Shown: positions 24,961 through 37,812, counted from the whole stretch's first letter. The stretch is 54,136 nucleotides of DNA, filler included, from Sphacelaria rigidula (GCA_964200075.2; 4 parts of 4 records of this genome joined end to end with filler, not necessarily neighbours in it); one strand, 5' to 3'. Notes: a model not told the origin generated them from the sequence alone. Translations and numbers: made by a program.

Positions 24961-27022
24961 AATAAAGGCTCTTTCCATCTCACACGGGTTGGATCACTGT
25001 TCCTGAGTGGTTCCCCCTCTTATCTTAAACGTACTCTTCACTCAATCCTCCTTTCACATGCTGGCAGCAACCTCTCATGTACCTGTTAACAAGTTCAGTC
25101 CTTTATTCACTTCGCATTTTGATTCAAGTGCCTGGCCAACTGCATGTCTGTGATTGGATCAATGCAGTCAATTGCTAGGCGTAATACAGCAGTAGTCACC
25201 ATTGTTGGTCTCTTAGCGGACACGTTTCGAGACGTTCTGTGCAATGGCGCAGAGCAACGACTATCGCATGGTTGATGTTTACAGTACTCATGCATATTAA
25301 TTCCCTTCTTGTTTCCATCCATGTGAACTGCTTGCAATCGGGTCCATCGTTCAAGCTAGGCTTCGCTGTGCGCCGAGCCGAGATTATTGTCTGGGCTGTA
25401 AACTGCGGTCTTCGATCTGCTATGTGTCGGGGAATCAGAGCACGCTAGCATCCCTATAGTATTCCAATACCGAGGATATACTGTGGACGAGAAAGAAAAA
25501 GCAAACGCGTCAAGGGTTATGGAAACATCGACACCGATGAATTCGGTGGCCATGTGTCTTCGTTTTTTCCTTGTTGGTCGTGAATGCGTTTTTTTGTGAG
25601 TTGATTTCATGTGGGAGGGTGCATGTGATTGAATTAATGGATTCAGTTTCAATATATTTGTATCTGGTCCTCTCTGGACGGATCTTGGAATGTTATTTCT
25701 GTGCACTAGTGCAGGGTGACGGCTCCTTTTTGGTTGACGTGTGCAGTAGTCGTGCACATGGATTCACTTCTTGATTCTACACCTTCAAACTGCTGGAAGT
25801 CGGGCCTATCGCCGAAGCCATGCTTTGCTGAACGCCAAGCCGAAAATATAATGTGGGCTATAACCTACGGTCTTCGATATACTAGTATTCGGGATATCAG
25901 AACACTATATGTTGTTTGCAAGGCGCGCCACCCGAGCTCGACCCTACTCGCACCGCCAGCCTTACCCTCACCTCTCATCCCATTTCTCTTCCAACTCCGC
26001 TCGAATCGCAGCATACGCGACCCACCGTTTTGCGCTGTTTCAACGCTTATGCTGTCGGCTGCACTATACTGAGACCGTGCTCTTATCTCTGATCACTCGA
26101 TCTTGCGGCTGCCCTGGGACATGAGGTGGCGCGAGAAACTATGACGTGGATGTACGTTGAATACTTTTGTCCAATTCACGCATGGCGCGACGTGTCTCTC
26201 TTTGCCCAATACAGTAACAGTCTGAATGTTTATATTTGATTATCTTGACTTTAGAATAGTGTCTCTATCTCCGGAACATCCTCGACAAGGGCAAACCCTA
26301 TGGAAATGAGATCGATGATGAAAAAGGTGTGAACTTGAGTCCATTGTTTTGGTTTTGTGTTATCCATTTTGACCATATTATTACTCGACAAAAAGCGGGC
26401 GCTCCATTCTGAATCGACGACTTCAACACCTACAGAGCCACCATCGAGACATGCGACAGCCCACGGTGGTGGCCTTGAGCATACCAGTGCTTGGTGTTCC
26501 GTTTGGGCCTTCCAGGTGCCCAGAGTGATAAAGAGACCAAGCATGTCGTGTTTATTATGCTGACTAAAAATCGCACCGAACGATCACTGATACCTCCCTC
26601 TAACAATTTTGCAGAGTGACACAGACGGCTGTCAGTCCCTCAGCATAAGATGGTTTTCCGCCGAACAAAGCACACCGCGCCCAGCTGAATGTTGGACAGG
26701 CGCTCATATACCTTGCGTGTCATGTTCCTTCTGGTAGGTTGATTCATTCAATTGGTTCAGGATGAACAGGCAAGTAGATGCGGGTATGTTGTCTGAAAAC
26801 TTGGCATGCGGCAGAGGAGTTTTTCCCAGCGTGGGCATTTCGAAGATTTTTACATTTTTTGCCATCTCTTCAGAAGATGTGAAATATTTCGAAAATGTGG
26901 TATTTGAAGAACCCCCCCCCCCGCCCAAGAAGCATGCTCAGTCTCGAAAGGGATGCGTGGTCAATGGTCAAACGACTAAGGCAAGCATCAAATCGATACG
27001 CCCCCTCCCCCAAGACGCATCT

Positions 27023-27122
27023 NNNNNNNNNNNNNNNNNNNNNNNNNNNNNNNNNNNNNNNNNNNNTTAATTAATTAANNNNNNNNNNNNNNNNNNNNNN
27101 NNNNNNNNNNNNNNNNNNNNNN
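27023..27122. other. Assembly gap with artificial six-frame stop linker
   Basis: Same structure as 13463-13562. Confidence 0.95.
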
Positions 27123-27689
27123 CGGAAAGGAGGCGGGGTGAAAGGTCAAACGACAAAGGCAAGCAAAAAATGAACACGCGCCCCCCCCCCCCCCCCTCCC
27201 CTCCTCACACACACAGTCACAGTCTCAGTACCTCCCCTCCTCGGGAAGAGTCTGTGGCCTCAAGGGATCAACTCATCTCCTCCCTGGTTCACACCAAGAA
27301 ATGCATGTTGGAAGTGCATCCACGGTACAGGTGCACAACTTGTTTCTAGGGCTCTGCACTCGAAGAGCCTCTCCTTGACAAGCATCTGGGCCCTAGTGAG
27401 CAGAATCACAAAACGTTTGAGCTAGAAAAATGTACCTCTACCGTATAATCTCTCTTGGTAAAAATCTCTACAACATTTCGCTTGTGCCATGTATACTTGT
27501 TACAATCAATTGTATTTTGTTACTCACGCCCCCACGCCGTCAGAAGGACAAATCCAGATTCTGCTCAAAAGGGAGGCGGTGTCTGTCGAGATTCGAACCT
27601 GTAATCCCCCGCCTCAGCCGGTCGTGTACTTCACTAGTTCCTGTACTTATACCACCAAATCATGCACTGCAAAGTAAAACCTATCTCAC

Positions 27690-28055
27690 CGAAAGGAGAG
27701 GGCTTCCTCCTGCAGTCTGGAACTCCGTCACTACGGAGTTGTCGATGTCTTCGGCAGCGTAGGAGCCCAAGCGAGCGAGCGGGATCTCCAACTGAGCACT
27801 GGCCTTTCCGAAGAAGATCTCCTGCTGGAGAACAGCCCGTTTGACCCATGCATTGGCTGTCGGTGCGTCGGGGACGAAGATCTCAAGCAGAACCCTCCTG
27901 GCTCTTTTCTTCTGTTTCTCCTTGCCATCCGTGTTCTCCGCTGCCTCCGCGGCCGACTGGATGTCGTCGCCGTCGTCGCCGTCGGTCGGAGGAAGCATCA
28001 ATACCGTGTGATCACGTTGGGGGATCTTCTCTTGCTCGCTTGTCTTCGAGGAACG
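27690..28055 (-). CDS. Exon of the INPP4-like gene carrying the end of a PH-like domain (RRVLLEIFVPDAPTANAWVKRAVLQQ)
   Basis: CCAG acceptor, TCG|GTGAGA donor, 366 nt, phase 0/0, GC-rich codons. The 'xxAxxWVxx' helix is typical of a PH C-terminus. Confidence 0.7.
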
Positions 28056-28680
28056 CTGGGCAGTAGTATGGAATACGCATAACGGAGACGAGTCGTCAAA
28101 AAACGAGAGCTACTCCACACGAGTGGTAGGCTGAGCTGATACGCCAGACCAAGGGGGGAAGGGGGAGGGTGCAAGCTACGTGACACATCAAACGTACCGA
28201 GTGGTCTTTCCAAAGTAAATGTCAACGTTTGCATTTGCCGCAGAGTGATGCTACGATAGGGTGGGGGAGCGTGTTTGGTTTCACCCATCACAGAGGTTCA
28301 CAGGTGCAAGACGACCCAACTACTCGCGGTGCCTTTGTACCTGGGTGAAAACGATGACAAGTGTCATGAAACAGTCGTCTCGTTGGTAACAAGCGCGTTC
28401 GAACAAATGTACAGTAGCTGCTTCCGACCAAGAATTGAGGTGAAAGTTTGTGGGAAAAATAGCCCGAGATACTCCGCGCACCTCCTTCGTAGCATCACTC
28501 CGTACTGTCTTTCAACTTCGTGCCTGAAGGCCTTCAATTTAGACACAGCTGGTTCATCGAGTGCAAGCTTTCGTGTTGCAATTCAAATATGGTTCTTCCC
28601 TCCACCATGTACCGAGAGAATGCATCGGATCGTATCGACGCCTTGTACAGTATTATCCTGGTCAGAGTACTGCGTGTTAC

Positions 28681-28788
28681 CCCGGTGTTCTTCACCTTCT
28701 CCTTCTCGAAAAGCGTGAAGCAAGCCCCGTACTTGGATGGTGCGTCGCGGCACCCCGCTTCCACCACAGCCTTCTCGAGCGACCACGT
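28681..28788 (-). CDS. Exon, middle of PH-like domain (TWSLEKAVVEAGCRDAPSKYGACFTLFEKEKVKNTG)
   Basis: TGCAG acceptor; two in-frame donors (ends 28696 or 28681); phase 0/0 links the 33946 and 28055 exons. Confidence 0.65.
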
Positions 28789-29985
28789 CTGCAGTATTGA
28801 ACCAACATGGTTTGATAAACAAACAACGATACAACATGATTTTCCAAACCTTGTAGTGTACACTACGTTCGCGGCATCTCTGTTGGGTCGTTGACAAGAC
28901 ATCGCTAGACATGATCGCCACCGTTGATTGGTTGATTGATCGTCGCACTTGAACTGACAATCTATGCATCCCGCTATTACAGATGGATGAGAAGATAGAT
29001 CAACACCCGCGGTTAGGATGCGAACAACGCATGCCGAAGGTAACTCGGAAAATGGGGAAAAAATGAACAAGAAAAAACAAGCGTGCGAAGAAGAAGACAG
29101 ACTGACTCGAGTGACAGGAGCGGCCGGGCTGAAGAACAGCACCGATCAGCACCGATCCCGACTCAACCCCAGACAAGATAGTTGTTTGAAGACTCGGGGC
29201 GAACATCGCGGTCTTCGAACAACATTCAACAAGACATTCGGAAGACTGAGATCGTGACCTTTTCCTCAAATCCTGGGCCATTTCCATGATTCCACAGACG
29301 GTAGTCTGGATGATGGAAATAACAGTAGACGCACCCCGAACGGAGGTTAAACCCCCACTCGTTGGAAAAATACGTCGTGCCTAGTTTGTCGATCCGAAGA
29401 AGTCACAACAATTTCAACAGAATCGGCCAATCGACATCAATCGCCGTCTCCTCCTACATATCCGCCATGGCACACTTCAATGAATGCGAAATTTCAGACG
29501 GACGTGATCGCGTTGAGAGAAATAGACGCGATATACTGTTCCCCACGAGTAAGGGCTTTAACTTTCATCCAGGGTGCAAGTCGATGCAGACGGAGATTCC
29601 CACGATGCGACAGGTAGGTCCAGCAAAAATAATTCACTATGGCGATGCTCACGGGAGGAAGAAAAAAACCGGGTAACAGGTGTTACGAATCGTTGGGTCC
29701 AAGTTGCCCATTTTTGGCTCGACAAATTTCGGCGTTCAAACGCCGAATAAAAGTCAGTACCTGGCTCTAATATGTTCGAGAAGTCGAACTCAGACTTGAT
29801 ACAACAAGGGAGCTCGACGTGTGGAAATGTTTTTTGTTTGCTGTCTTTTCTCATGGTAGCAAAATCATCGAAGTATTGTCATTTTCGGGCCGACTGATAT
29901 ATTTTCGGCCGTTCTTCAACGAAAGGTTGTAGTGGGCGAACAAGAGAAAAAAAAGCATGCTCAATTAAGAAAGCGTCAACGATCC

Positions 29986-30395
29986 CAAGGTTGTGTTCTC
30001 TAAGGTACGGTTTTATGTATACCCGGGGTATTTTTCCGGCTATGTACCGTACCCGACAGTTCTGTGACTTCTGTACGACTTTCATACCGGTACCCGACAG
30101 TTCTGTAATCTCTGTAAGACCTTCATACCCTTACCCGATACTTCTGTAAGTTCTGTACAATACATTTACCCGAACGCGAAGGGCGGGTATACCCGAGAAG
30201 AGTTATCCGATTGCCGGTACCGGTTTTCTGAAAGCCTCCCATACCGTACCCGACAAGTTCTGTAAAGTCTGCAAGACTTTCATACCGGTACCCGACAGTT
30301 CTGTAAACTCTGGGAGGCTTCCAAGCCGGTACCCGACAGTTCTGTAAGCTCTGTCAGCTTCCTGTACCCTTACCCGGGGTCAGGGTATACCCTTG
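29986..30395. repeat. MITE-like element made of ~36-bp units (TTCATACCGGTACCCGACAGTTCTGTAA..); truncated second copy 30556-30690
   Basis: CAAGG...CCTTG ends, about 7 similar units; the first ~130 bp are duplicated at 30556. Confidence 0.75.
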
Positions 30396-31421
30396 CAGAT
30401 ATACCCCGTTGCAGCTACGAGCACAGGTATACACCCTCTGGAAGTATGGGTATAGGTTCAGTCAAAACGTAACCTAATGGCTTGAACATGTACCTCCCAG
30501 CTCCGACCACCACACCCTGCCCTCTCATTCATTCAAGCACCCCAATAGAAAATTCCAAGGTTGTTTTCGGTAAGGTACGGTTTTCTGTATACCTGGGGTA
30601 TTTTTCCGGCTATGTACCGTACCCGACAGTTCTGTAATATCTGTAAGACTTTCATACCCTTACCCGATACTTCTGTAAGTTCTGTACAAGGATCAGCACC
30701 TGCGGCTGGGTAGTCTCAGGACCCCCAAAAATCGGTCAGCCCGTGAATTGTTCAATATTGAGCACAGATGTGATCTTATTTCGGAACGTAAAGGGGATGC
30801 TATTATTTCCCGATCCCAAAATTTGGGATCAAAACGTTCACCGGGATCAGCGGTATCAAGCGAAAACACTGTCGAATATCCCCGACCATGAAAAAATTAC
30901 GAAAATATCCGACGAGTATTTCAGATGTAAACGATTCTATCTCACATTTCCGATATTTCATTGAAGAGCACTGGATGATGATTACCGGCACTCTTGCAAC
31001 CCGTCGACTTTCATCGAGCTTTTGTCAGTTGACGTCAAGATTTCCAACAATGATCCCTATTCGTACTATGGTGGGGATTTAAACCCGCTACTCTGCTCAA
31101 ACCAGTCGATGTTGCGCAACTTTCACCAGCTGGATGTGGCAGTGAGGGAAACACTACTGTACTGTGAACATCAAACCCAGATGTCAACAACGACACGGAG
31201 CAGAAGCGCATACCCACGAGAGGACGGAAATGGAGGCTCAGTTGACGGGAGATAACATAACGGCTGTACACACGACACGGCAATGAGAACAGTATCCATT
31301 GGTTACAGACAACTGACCTTCGTGACCATGAAAACTTCTGATTCGGAATCTTCTCTTCGTCCTCTGAATGTGTATGGATATCTCAAGGCTTCATGTTCTC
31401 CGCGAGCGATCGGAAAAATAC

Positions 31422-31844
31422 CAGGGAGGGATACGTGACACACGTGACACATTTGAAAAAACCGGGAAAAACGCAAGTTTTTGCCGTTTAACGCTAGGTA
31501 AGGCTTGATTCTTTGGACGGGACAAATGCAACGTAACGTGATGTAACATGTGGACCTTGAAGCAGTGTCTCTTGTTTTTTCCATATGTAAAAAAAATGCT
31601 GTTTTTGTGAACTTTTTACGTGACACGTGACACGTAACATATTCACGAAAACAAGCAGAGTTTTCGTCACATATTTAAAGTAAAACGCAATGTTAGGGTT
31701 GACGCCAAGGACCACACGATACATCACGTTACGTTACATATGTTCCATCCAAAAAAACAAATCTTACGTGGCGTTAAATGACCCAAAGTTACGTGTTGTC
31801 GAATGTGTCACGTCAAAACGTCACGTGTCACGTATCCCTCCCTG
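31422..31844. mobile_element. hAT-like MITE
   Basis: Perfect TIR CAGGGAGGGATACGTGACAC / GTGTCACGTATCCCTCCCTG; 8-bp flanks AAAAATAC / AAAAATGA; many ACGTGAC subterminal motifs. Confidence 0.85.
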
Positions 31845-32150
31845 AAAAATGATGTGTCTCGATCACGTTGGACCTGATTGAGATACCTTCCTATGGGCCT
31901 CGTGTTCTTCACTTTTCTGACTGTCTTGAATGATCTCCCCTCCCCCTTCATCAACACCTTTACGCGGGCAAACAGCGCTTTCTTAGTCAGGGATTATTTT
32001 TCCTCGTTTTCCTACTCTGTGTTCCCTCTTCCTTCTGCAGTCGGGCAATAGCAGCCAGCTGGTCTTAGCAGAACCACATGCGGCATGCAGCGGCACTGCA
32101 GGAAAATGTACTCGACATATAGAAGAGACAAAAAAATATGCTACTGTATC

Positions 32151-32742
32151 CTGTGGCCACTTGACTATCCCTCAGCCCGTGGTTTCGGTCATTTCGCTTT
32201 GGTTTGTAGGTCCATCTTGTGAACAGGTCTTGTCACGGGACGTCACGACGGGACAGGAATTTCCGCCGCAAAACGAAGGACGGGACGGGAACGACTTCCT
32301 CGCGAAAATATATGACGGAACGTTACGGGACGAAAACGATTCCCCGTTGGCGACAAAATGCGGGACGGGACAGGAACTTTTCCCGTCACCAAACCTCTGA
32401 TGGGACGAAGGTTTTTGGGGACTGACGCGACGTGAATTTCCATCCCGTCCCGTCCCGTCCCGTCCGGTCCTCACGGAAATGTTCCTATCTCAGTTTCACG
32501 CTGTCTTCAAGGGGAAAACATGTGTAACGCCCCGAAAAAAGCACAATGAGACCATGATTTTCAATCACAGTAAAACATACAATGGTGTTGACATGCAGTA
32601 TCCGACGACAGCAGTTGGATAAATTCATAATTGGGACGGGAAATGATCCCGTACCGTCCGGGGGATTTCGGGGGGAAAGGCAGTCCCGTCCAGTTCCGTC
32701 CCGAAGTCACGTCACAATACGGGGTTACAACAATTGCCACCG
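32151..32742. mobile_element. MITE-like element rich in GGGAC/GTCCC motifs
   Basis: Imperfect ends CTGTGGCCACTTG / CAATTGCCACCG; repeated CGGGACGGGA and (CCCGT)n. Confidence 0.55.
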
Positions 32743-33945
32743 ACTTTGTAGAACCTGAGGTGGAGGATACGAGGGTAACCTCGCACTTTATGAGTCGCTC
32801 AAGTTGGCGGTACTACCATAATACGAGGCAGTCACACCTATGCGACATGATGCCACTTAGTATTGTCATGGACCATGTACAAAAATTAGCGGAAGAAAAA
32901 AACGCGAGAGAAATTCGAAAGGTCAAGTTCCCCTGAAACGCTAACCCTTCGGGGAACCGCCCCCTTCCGTCCCCGGGCCAGGAGGTCTCACTATTCAAGC
33001 CCTGACAAAAGAGAAAATATGACAACAGAAAAACCGACGGCAACCATTTTCACGGCGGAAGGCCACAGTAAAATCCACCAGCATACGTCATATGCACACC
33101 AGAAATTTCAGCCCGGTGCCGTCGGATTAGTTTTGTCCACTGAGGGACCCACCGGGTCAAGCTTGTTGCAGTTTGTGCACACAGCCAAAAACAGCACTTG
33201 CGTGCCCAAAGTCTTCGTAAACAAACAAAATCGGGTCTATTTCGTATGTACTGTACGAGTCCCGTGCGGCACTGTGGCACTTTTTACACGAGTCTCTAAA
33301 AGAAACGCGGGCTGATCGTTTTGGGTGTAAGCTGTGAGTACGTGAACCATATATCGTTCAAAACTCAGCACCTAGAGATACATTTCTTTCTTCCATTGCC
33401 AGTACCAAAAGTGTTACACGGCGTCCTTTGTCGCAGCAAAACAGAATGGGCAGCCAAGGTAACGTGCACGTGATTACCTCTTCGGTCATACCCGGTATTT
33501 TCCGTCCGGTGCATATGCACATACAATCACCTCGGATTCTGTTCCATTTTTTCTTTTACAACGTTCCCACCCAAAGCCATGCTGCAGCGGCCGACCATAT
33601 CTTGCTGTATGTATCACCTTCACATTACCAAGACCAGTACTGTTGTAGACCTCATTTATCTCAGCGTTTATCATGGTATGTTCTCTTTCCTTCCCCTTTC
33701 CCTTCCCTTTTCTCTTTTTCTCTTTATTCGTGCTGTATCACAGTCCTTTTTTCCATCATATGCTCCGATTTTTCGACTTCACTTCAAATAGTGTGAATGC
33801 TTGGTTGACCTTCGGTATGCCCGCGCTGCCGGTTTGTCGGGGATCCATTATCGGTGTACGACAATGAATCAACCATACAACAACCAACAACCACGAACAA
33901 ATACAGAACATCGCATACGCGCATGAGACGACACAACCTGTTTAC

Positions 33946-34071
33946 CTTGGCCTTCTTCATGTTGAGGTTGCCGTCCCTGTCGCGGGGAGTCAGTGTCAGC
34001 AACCCCTTTTCCATGAGGAGCTGCATAAGTTGCACGGACCTGCCTCCCCACCTTTTCTTCCAGACGTCTCC
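33946..34071 (-). CDS. Exon, start of PH-like domain (GDVWKKRWGGRSVQLMQLLMEKGLLTLTPRDRDGNLNMKKAK)
   Basis: TCAG acceptor, AAG|GTAAAC donor, 126 nt, phase 0/0; GxxWK(K/R) basic beta1-beta2 signature. Confidence 0.7.
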
Positions 34072-34212
34072 CTGATAGATGTAAAGCACAGGACACGCAG
34101 GAAATACCAGACACACAAGGCAAACAAGAAGAACACACGGAACAGCGGGGACATGTGTGTGTGCGTTGTCCAACAAAGATGGGGGGGGCATGAAAGACAC
34201 ACGAGTACATAC

Positions 34213-34263
34213 CATACACTTGTCACGCCTCGTCACTGGACCAACCCTCCGGGAACATGACGC
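34213..34263 (-). CDS. Probable exon (ASCSRRVGPVTRRDKCM)
   Basis: TCAG acceptor, ATG|GTATGT donor, 51 nt; the other two frames contain stops; phase matches the next exon. Confidence 0.55.
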
Positions 34264-34579
34264 CTGACAGTTGACGCACTGTATGTACATGGTTGGAACG
34301 TCCTCTCTTCAAAAGCAAAGCCACAGCGTCGTGTACCCTACATTGTAACCCCGCCTCTCAAAGAGTGCACTAGCAGTTCATGGGTGACCACGTCGCGTGC
34401 TCCTCCTGTAAATCGACAAACAACGCGAGAAGTTGCGCTCCGAACATTTTGTTTCCTTGGATCTTCCAGTATCTATGATCGACCTCCTCAGCAACCGTGT
34501 TATACGGTATCCTCTATCCTCATGCCGTCCAGTGGAAGGGCCAATCCACATCACTATATCCTTTCTATCCAGGCCCTAC

Positions 34580-34693
34580 CTTCACCGGGACAGTGCCCGG
34601 CTCCCTCTGCAGTACCTTTCCTCTCACAGACGACAGGTGGTCGAGAGAGAACGCCCATCTCTCGGTGAGGCAGAGCGTGTTGACCTTCTCAGA
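34580..34693 (-). CDS. Probable exon (SEKVNTLCLTERWAFSLDHLSSVRGKVLQREPGTVPVK)
   Basis: ACAG acceptor; AAG|GT donors at 34616 or 34580; phase 0/0. Confidence 0.5.
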
Positions 34694-34841
34694 CTGTAGG
34701 TAGGCGGGACGACCTCCACCCATGTGTGGCACGTACTACCACATGTTTGACGACACCAACAACCAAACAACAAAAACAAGGACGAGCGATGCAAGAAACC
34801 AAGAGGGGGCGGGGGCGCGGACACAACAGGAGAGGCGTCAC

Positions 34842-34940
34842 CATGGAGTCGTCGGCTGAACACTCGATATGACGATGTCCGATGACGCGGGGGAGGCCAA
34901 GCCGGCATGCAATCAAAGCGGCACGGAACAACACCGCACG
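34842..34940 (-). CDS. Probable exon (RAVLFRAALIACRLGLPRVIGHRHIECSADDSM)
   Basis: Pyrimidine tract plus CAAG acceptor, ATG|GTGACG donor, 99 nt, phase 0/0. Confidence 0.5.
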
Positions 34941-35061
34941 CTTGGAAAAAGCAACAGCAGCAGCAGCAGCAGCAGACCAACCTTTGCAGCGAATTTCTCA
35001 AGTATTCTGCACATGCCTACTACCTGCATTATGTTGTGCTTTCACACCAACATTCCTCAGC

Positions 35062-35400
35062 ACCCGCCCCGGTGGCTCAGTGGGTAACCTCGACACCTTT
35101 CAACGGTTGCGTTGTGGGTTCGAACCTCAGAGTGATCTTGAATTTTCTTCTCACGCAGTGCCCAACAGCGGAGAGCGACCATGCCGTGGGTAGAGAAAAT
35201 GCGACTTAACGATCGACGAGGGAAAGGGACTGCTGGACCCCTCTCGCGCCAAAACAATAAACGCCTCCACCGCAAAATAACGGCGGGGAAAAAGAAAAAT
35301 CCGTGTTGGCTTTCCTCCTATGTGACCCCGGCTGGTGCGTCCACATATACCGAATGGTGTAGACCGCCGTCCAGAATAGAGGGGACGGCAACACAACATG
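35062..35400 (+). mobile_element. tRNA-headed SINE, family 1, copy B
   Basis: GCCCCGGTGGCTCAGTGGG, GGTTCGAACC; same body and tail as copy A. Confidence 0.8.
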
Positions 35401-35526
35401 CAACGCACCCATTCGGTTTGACTACGAAAACAGTACACACCTCTAACTCGCATGTAGCATCAACAGTACCCAGTTTCGCAGCGTATGTGGTAAGAGGTGA
35501 CATGATTACCAACAAAGGCACGCTAC

Positions 35527-35569
35527 CTCGAGCTGATGCCTCAGCCCTGACGGGAGGGAGAAGTCATGT
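35527..35569 (-). CDS. Probable exon (HDFSLPSGLRHQLE)
   Basis: CTCAG acceptor, GAG|GTAGCG donor, phase 2/0; bridges the 35879 (phase 2) and 34940 (phase 0) exons. Confidence 0.45.
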
Positions 35570-35878
35570 CTGAGGAATGCACAGTGAGGCCTTACAGCTG
35601 GTTGACTGGAGTGTTCGTGGTGAAGTATTGATCTGGGAGTGTTCAATCGAACTCGGAGAAACGTTTGGAATAGACATCGTTTTCGGGAGTTAGGCGCAAG
35701 TAGAATTAACCGCGAGCCAGAGACCTCGACCTGATGTAACGTGGTCACTTGAACAACACCGACAATTTGAAGCAACTGCGCAGAGAGGCCTGCAGACTGT
35801 CCCACACCACATGATATAGGGACAGCAGGAAATTCCAAGTAATCGAGCGAATTCCTACCTGCACACTACGGTGCTTAC

Positions 35879-35974
35879 TCGGGATCAAAGCCGATGGTGA
35901 TTCCAACGGCGGCTCTTAAGTCGGAAGTTTTCGTTCGGTGCTTGTTTTTTGTGCTGTCCTCTTCAGCAATCGTT
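35879..35974 (-). CDS. Probable exon (TIAEEDSTKNKHRTKTSDLRAAVGITIGFDPE)
   Basis: ACAG acceptor, GA|GTAAGC donor, 96 nt, phase 2/2. Confidence 0.5.
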
Positions 35975-37436
35975 CTGTGGATCGATATCAATCTTGGGCG
36001 ACAGGACAGATTCGGCACTGTTCCTGCGGGAAAATCCGACTTCATGATAAAAGTATTGTTTTCCTCCCACGCTCTTCGAACTATTCCTGCATACCCGTAC
36101 GACCATTCTCCGCAGCATGTCATTGTCCCATGGGTGTTCACATTTGAGATGAAAGCACGAAATTTGTCCCTGTCAGCGGTCTAAGTATTGTCCTCCTTAC
36201 AACATATTTGATAGTGTAACTCCAATGGTTGTGTCTATCGGGTTTTTCCCTAGACTGATGCCAATTTCGCTTCTTGATCGTATTGCATCTCAGCTTTGTC
36301 GCATAACAACTCCCACTCTTGACCGAGATTTTCTTGTCAGGTCTCATCATCACGGACCACCGTAGTAGCATAGCACTGTTGATATGCTCTCCCTCAAACA
36401 ATCTGCTCGAAGCGTCTCCTCCTTTTTGCTGTTCCAACAACCCTATAATCACAATTCGTCATGTCTACTTGTGTATTCAACAATTTTAGGAACCACCCCC
36501 GTGTTTCCTCAGCATAACATCCCCTTGCTGTGTATCTCATCAAGCGCAAGCAGTCTCGGATGGAAATCCCTTTGCTTCAACACAATCCATGAAGCGCTCA
36601 TCACGCCCACAGAATTAAAACGGCTGCCCGAAATTGTCCAATGAATGGCATGACTGTATACGAAGCACGGTGGCGCTGGGGAGAAAAAATAGAGGCGGGC
36701 TTCGGTTTCGGACGCTATCCGCTGCCTGTGCTTGTGTTTTTCCTTGGTATATTTGGTATCTTACACGATCTTCCGACAGGGTGGGTCTGGGTGCATAGTG
36801 CTAATGTCATTCTTTTACGATAGCCCCCCCCCGTCCCCCCCCCCAAAAACAAAGTGGCTGGCTCGGGGAGGCAAAATCCACGCGTAAACTGAAATGGAAG
36901 AAAACGAGCACAATGAGCAGACGTCGACCATATGAGGCGCTTCATGCAGCTCCATGGCCATTCTCCTCGTGACAGTCTTGGGCTGGTTCTCGGCGGGGGC
37001 TATCGTAGAAAGTGTCTAATATGATAACAAACTCTGTGGAGAGTTCCATCACACGATCGTCTCACCTGCGATACGGCTTGGTCGAGGCGGGCGGCGTACC
37101 CCTCATCGTACGACTCGATTTCATCCTGGGGTTACATAAAGGCAAACACAAGCGTAGGACACGGGTTGATGAGTGTTTGGCTTCCATCCCATTGGCCAAA
37201 GGGGTGGTATACACAATACATGAAGGTACAACAAACCTCAACCTTAAGCCCAAGCGTGGAGCGGTGGAGAGGGGAGTGGGGGGGGGGGGTTACTCGAAGT
37301 CCAAGACATTAAGCTGCCAGACGTCATAACATCTCTCGAAGCGAATGTGGTACACGTGTCGTCGAGATAGTATATTTCTGGACTCCGAGCAGGAGCAGGA
37401 TCTACACTGGTGAAGGGAGATTTGCACGAGTACCAA

Positions 37437-37812
37437 GCCGGTCGCCCCGGTGGCTCAGTCGGTAACCTCGTAACTTTCTAACGGTTCGGACGTGGGTTGG
37501 AATCTCGGTGAAGTCATCCGATCCGAGATTTTTTCCTCACATCATGCTCAACTGTGGAGAGGGACGTTATTGTGGACACACAACGTTAGACTTCACTGTC
37601 GACGAGGGAAAGGAACCACTGAACCCTCCTACAGTAGCGATAGAACACCAACGCAAGCATCGCAGAAGGAAGGTGAGGTACCAGAGAATAAATTGCTGTG
37701 TTGACCTTCCTCCCGTGTGACCCCGGCTGATGCGCCCACATAAATATATACACATACCAAACAAAAGGAGTAGAGCGACATGCAGAATAAATGGGATGAC
37801 AACACACAACAC
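37437..37812 (+). mobile_element. tRNA-headed SINE, family 1, copy C
   Basis: GCCGGTCGCCCCGGTGGCTCAGTCGG head, degenerate B box GGTTGGAATC; same body and tail. Confidence 0.78.

Noticed and set aside
26430..26730. Candidate small exons (KEHDTQG; a WKAQTE echo of the INPP4 C2 motif)
   Set aside because: Splice sites are plausible but the frame is ambiguous and the motif too short to support.
28284..28570. Extra exons with in-frame TGA (possible selenocysteine, e.g. CTR*)
   Set aside because: The frames hit further stops or mismatch phase; 28788 splices in phase directly to 28055; no SECIS recognised.
29986..30690. ~36-bp repeats as a CRISPR array
   Set aside because: Units abut with only short, mutually similar spacers; no cas genes; eukaryotic intron context.
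35711..35789. Candidate exon GLSAQLLQIVG...
   Set aside because: Needs a phase-1 upstream donor, while 35879 (phase 2) joins 35569 directly.
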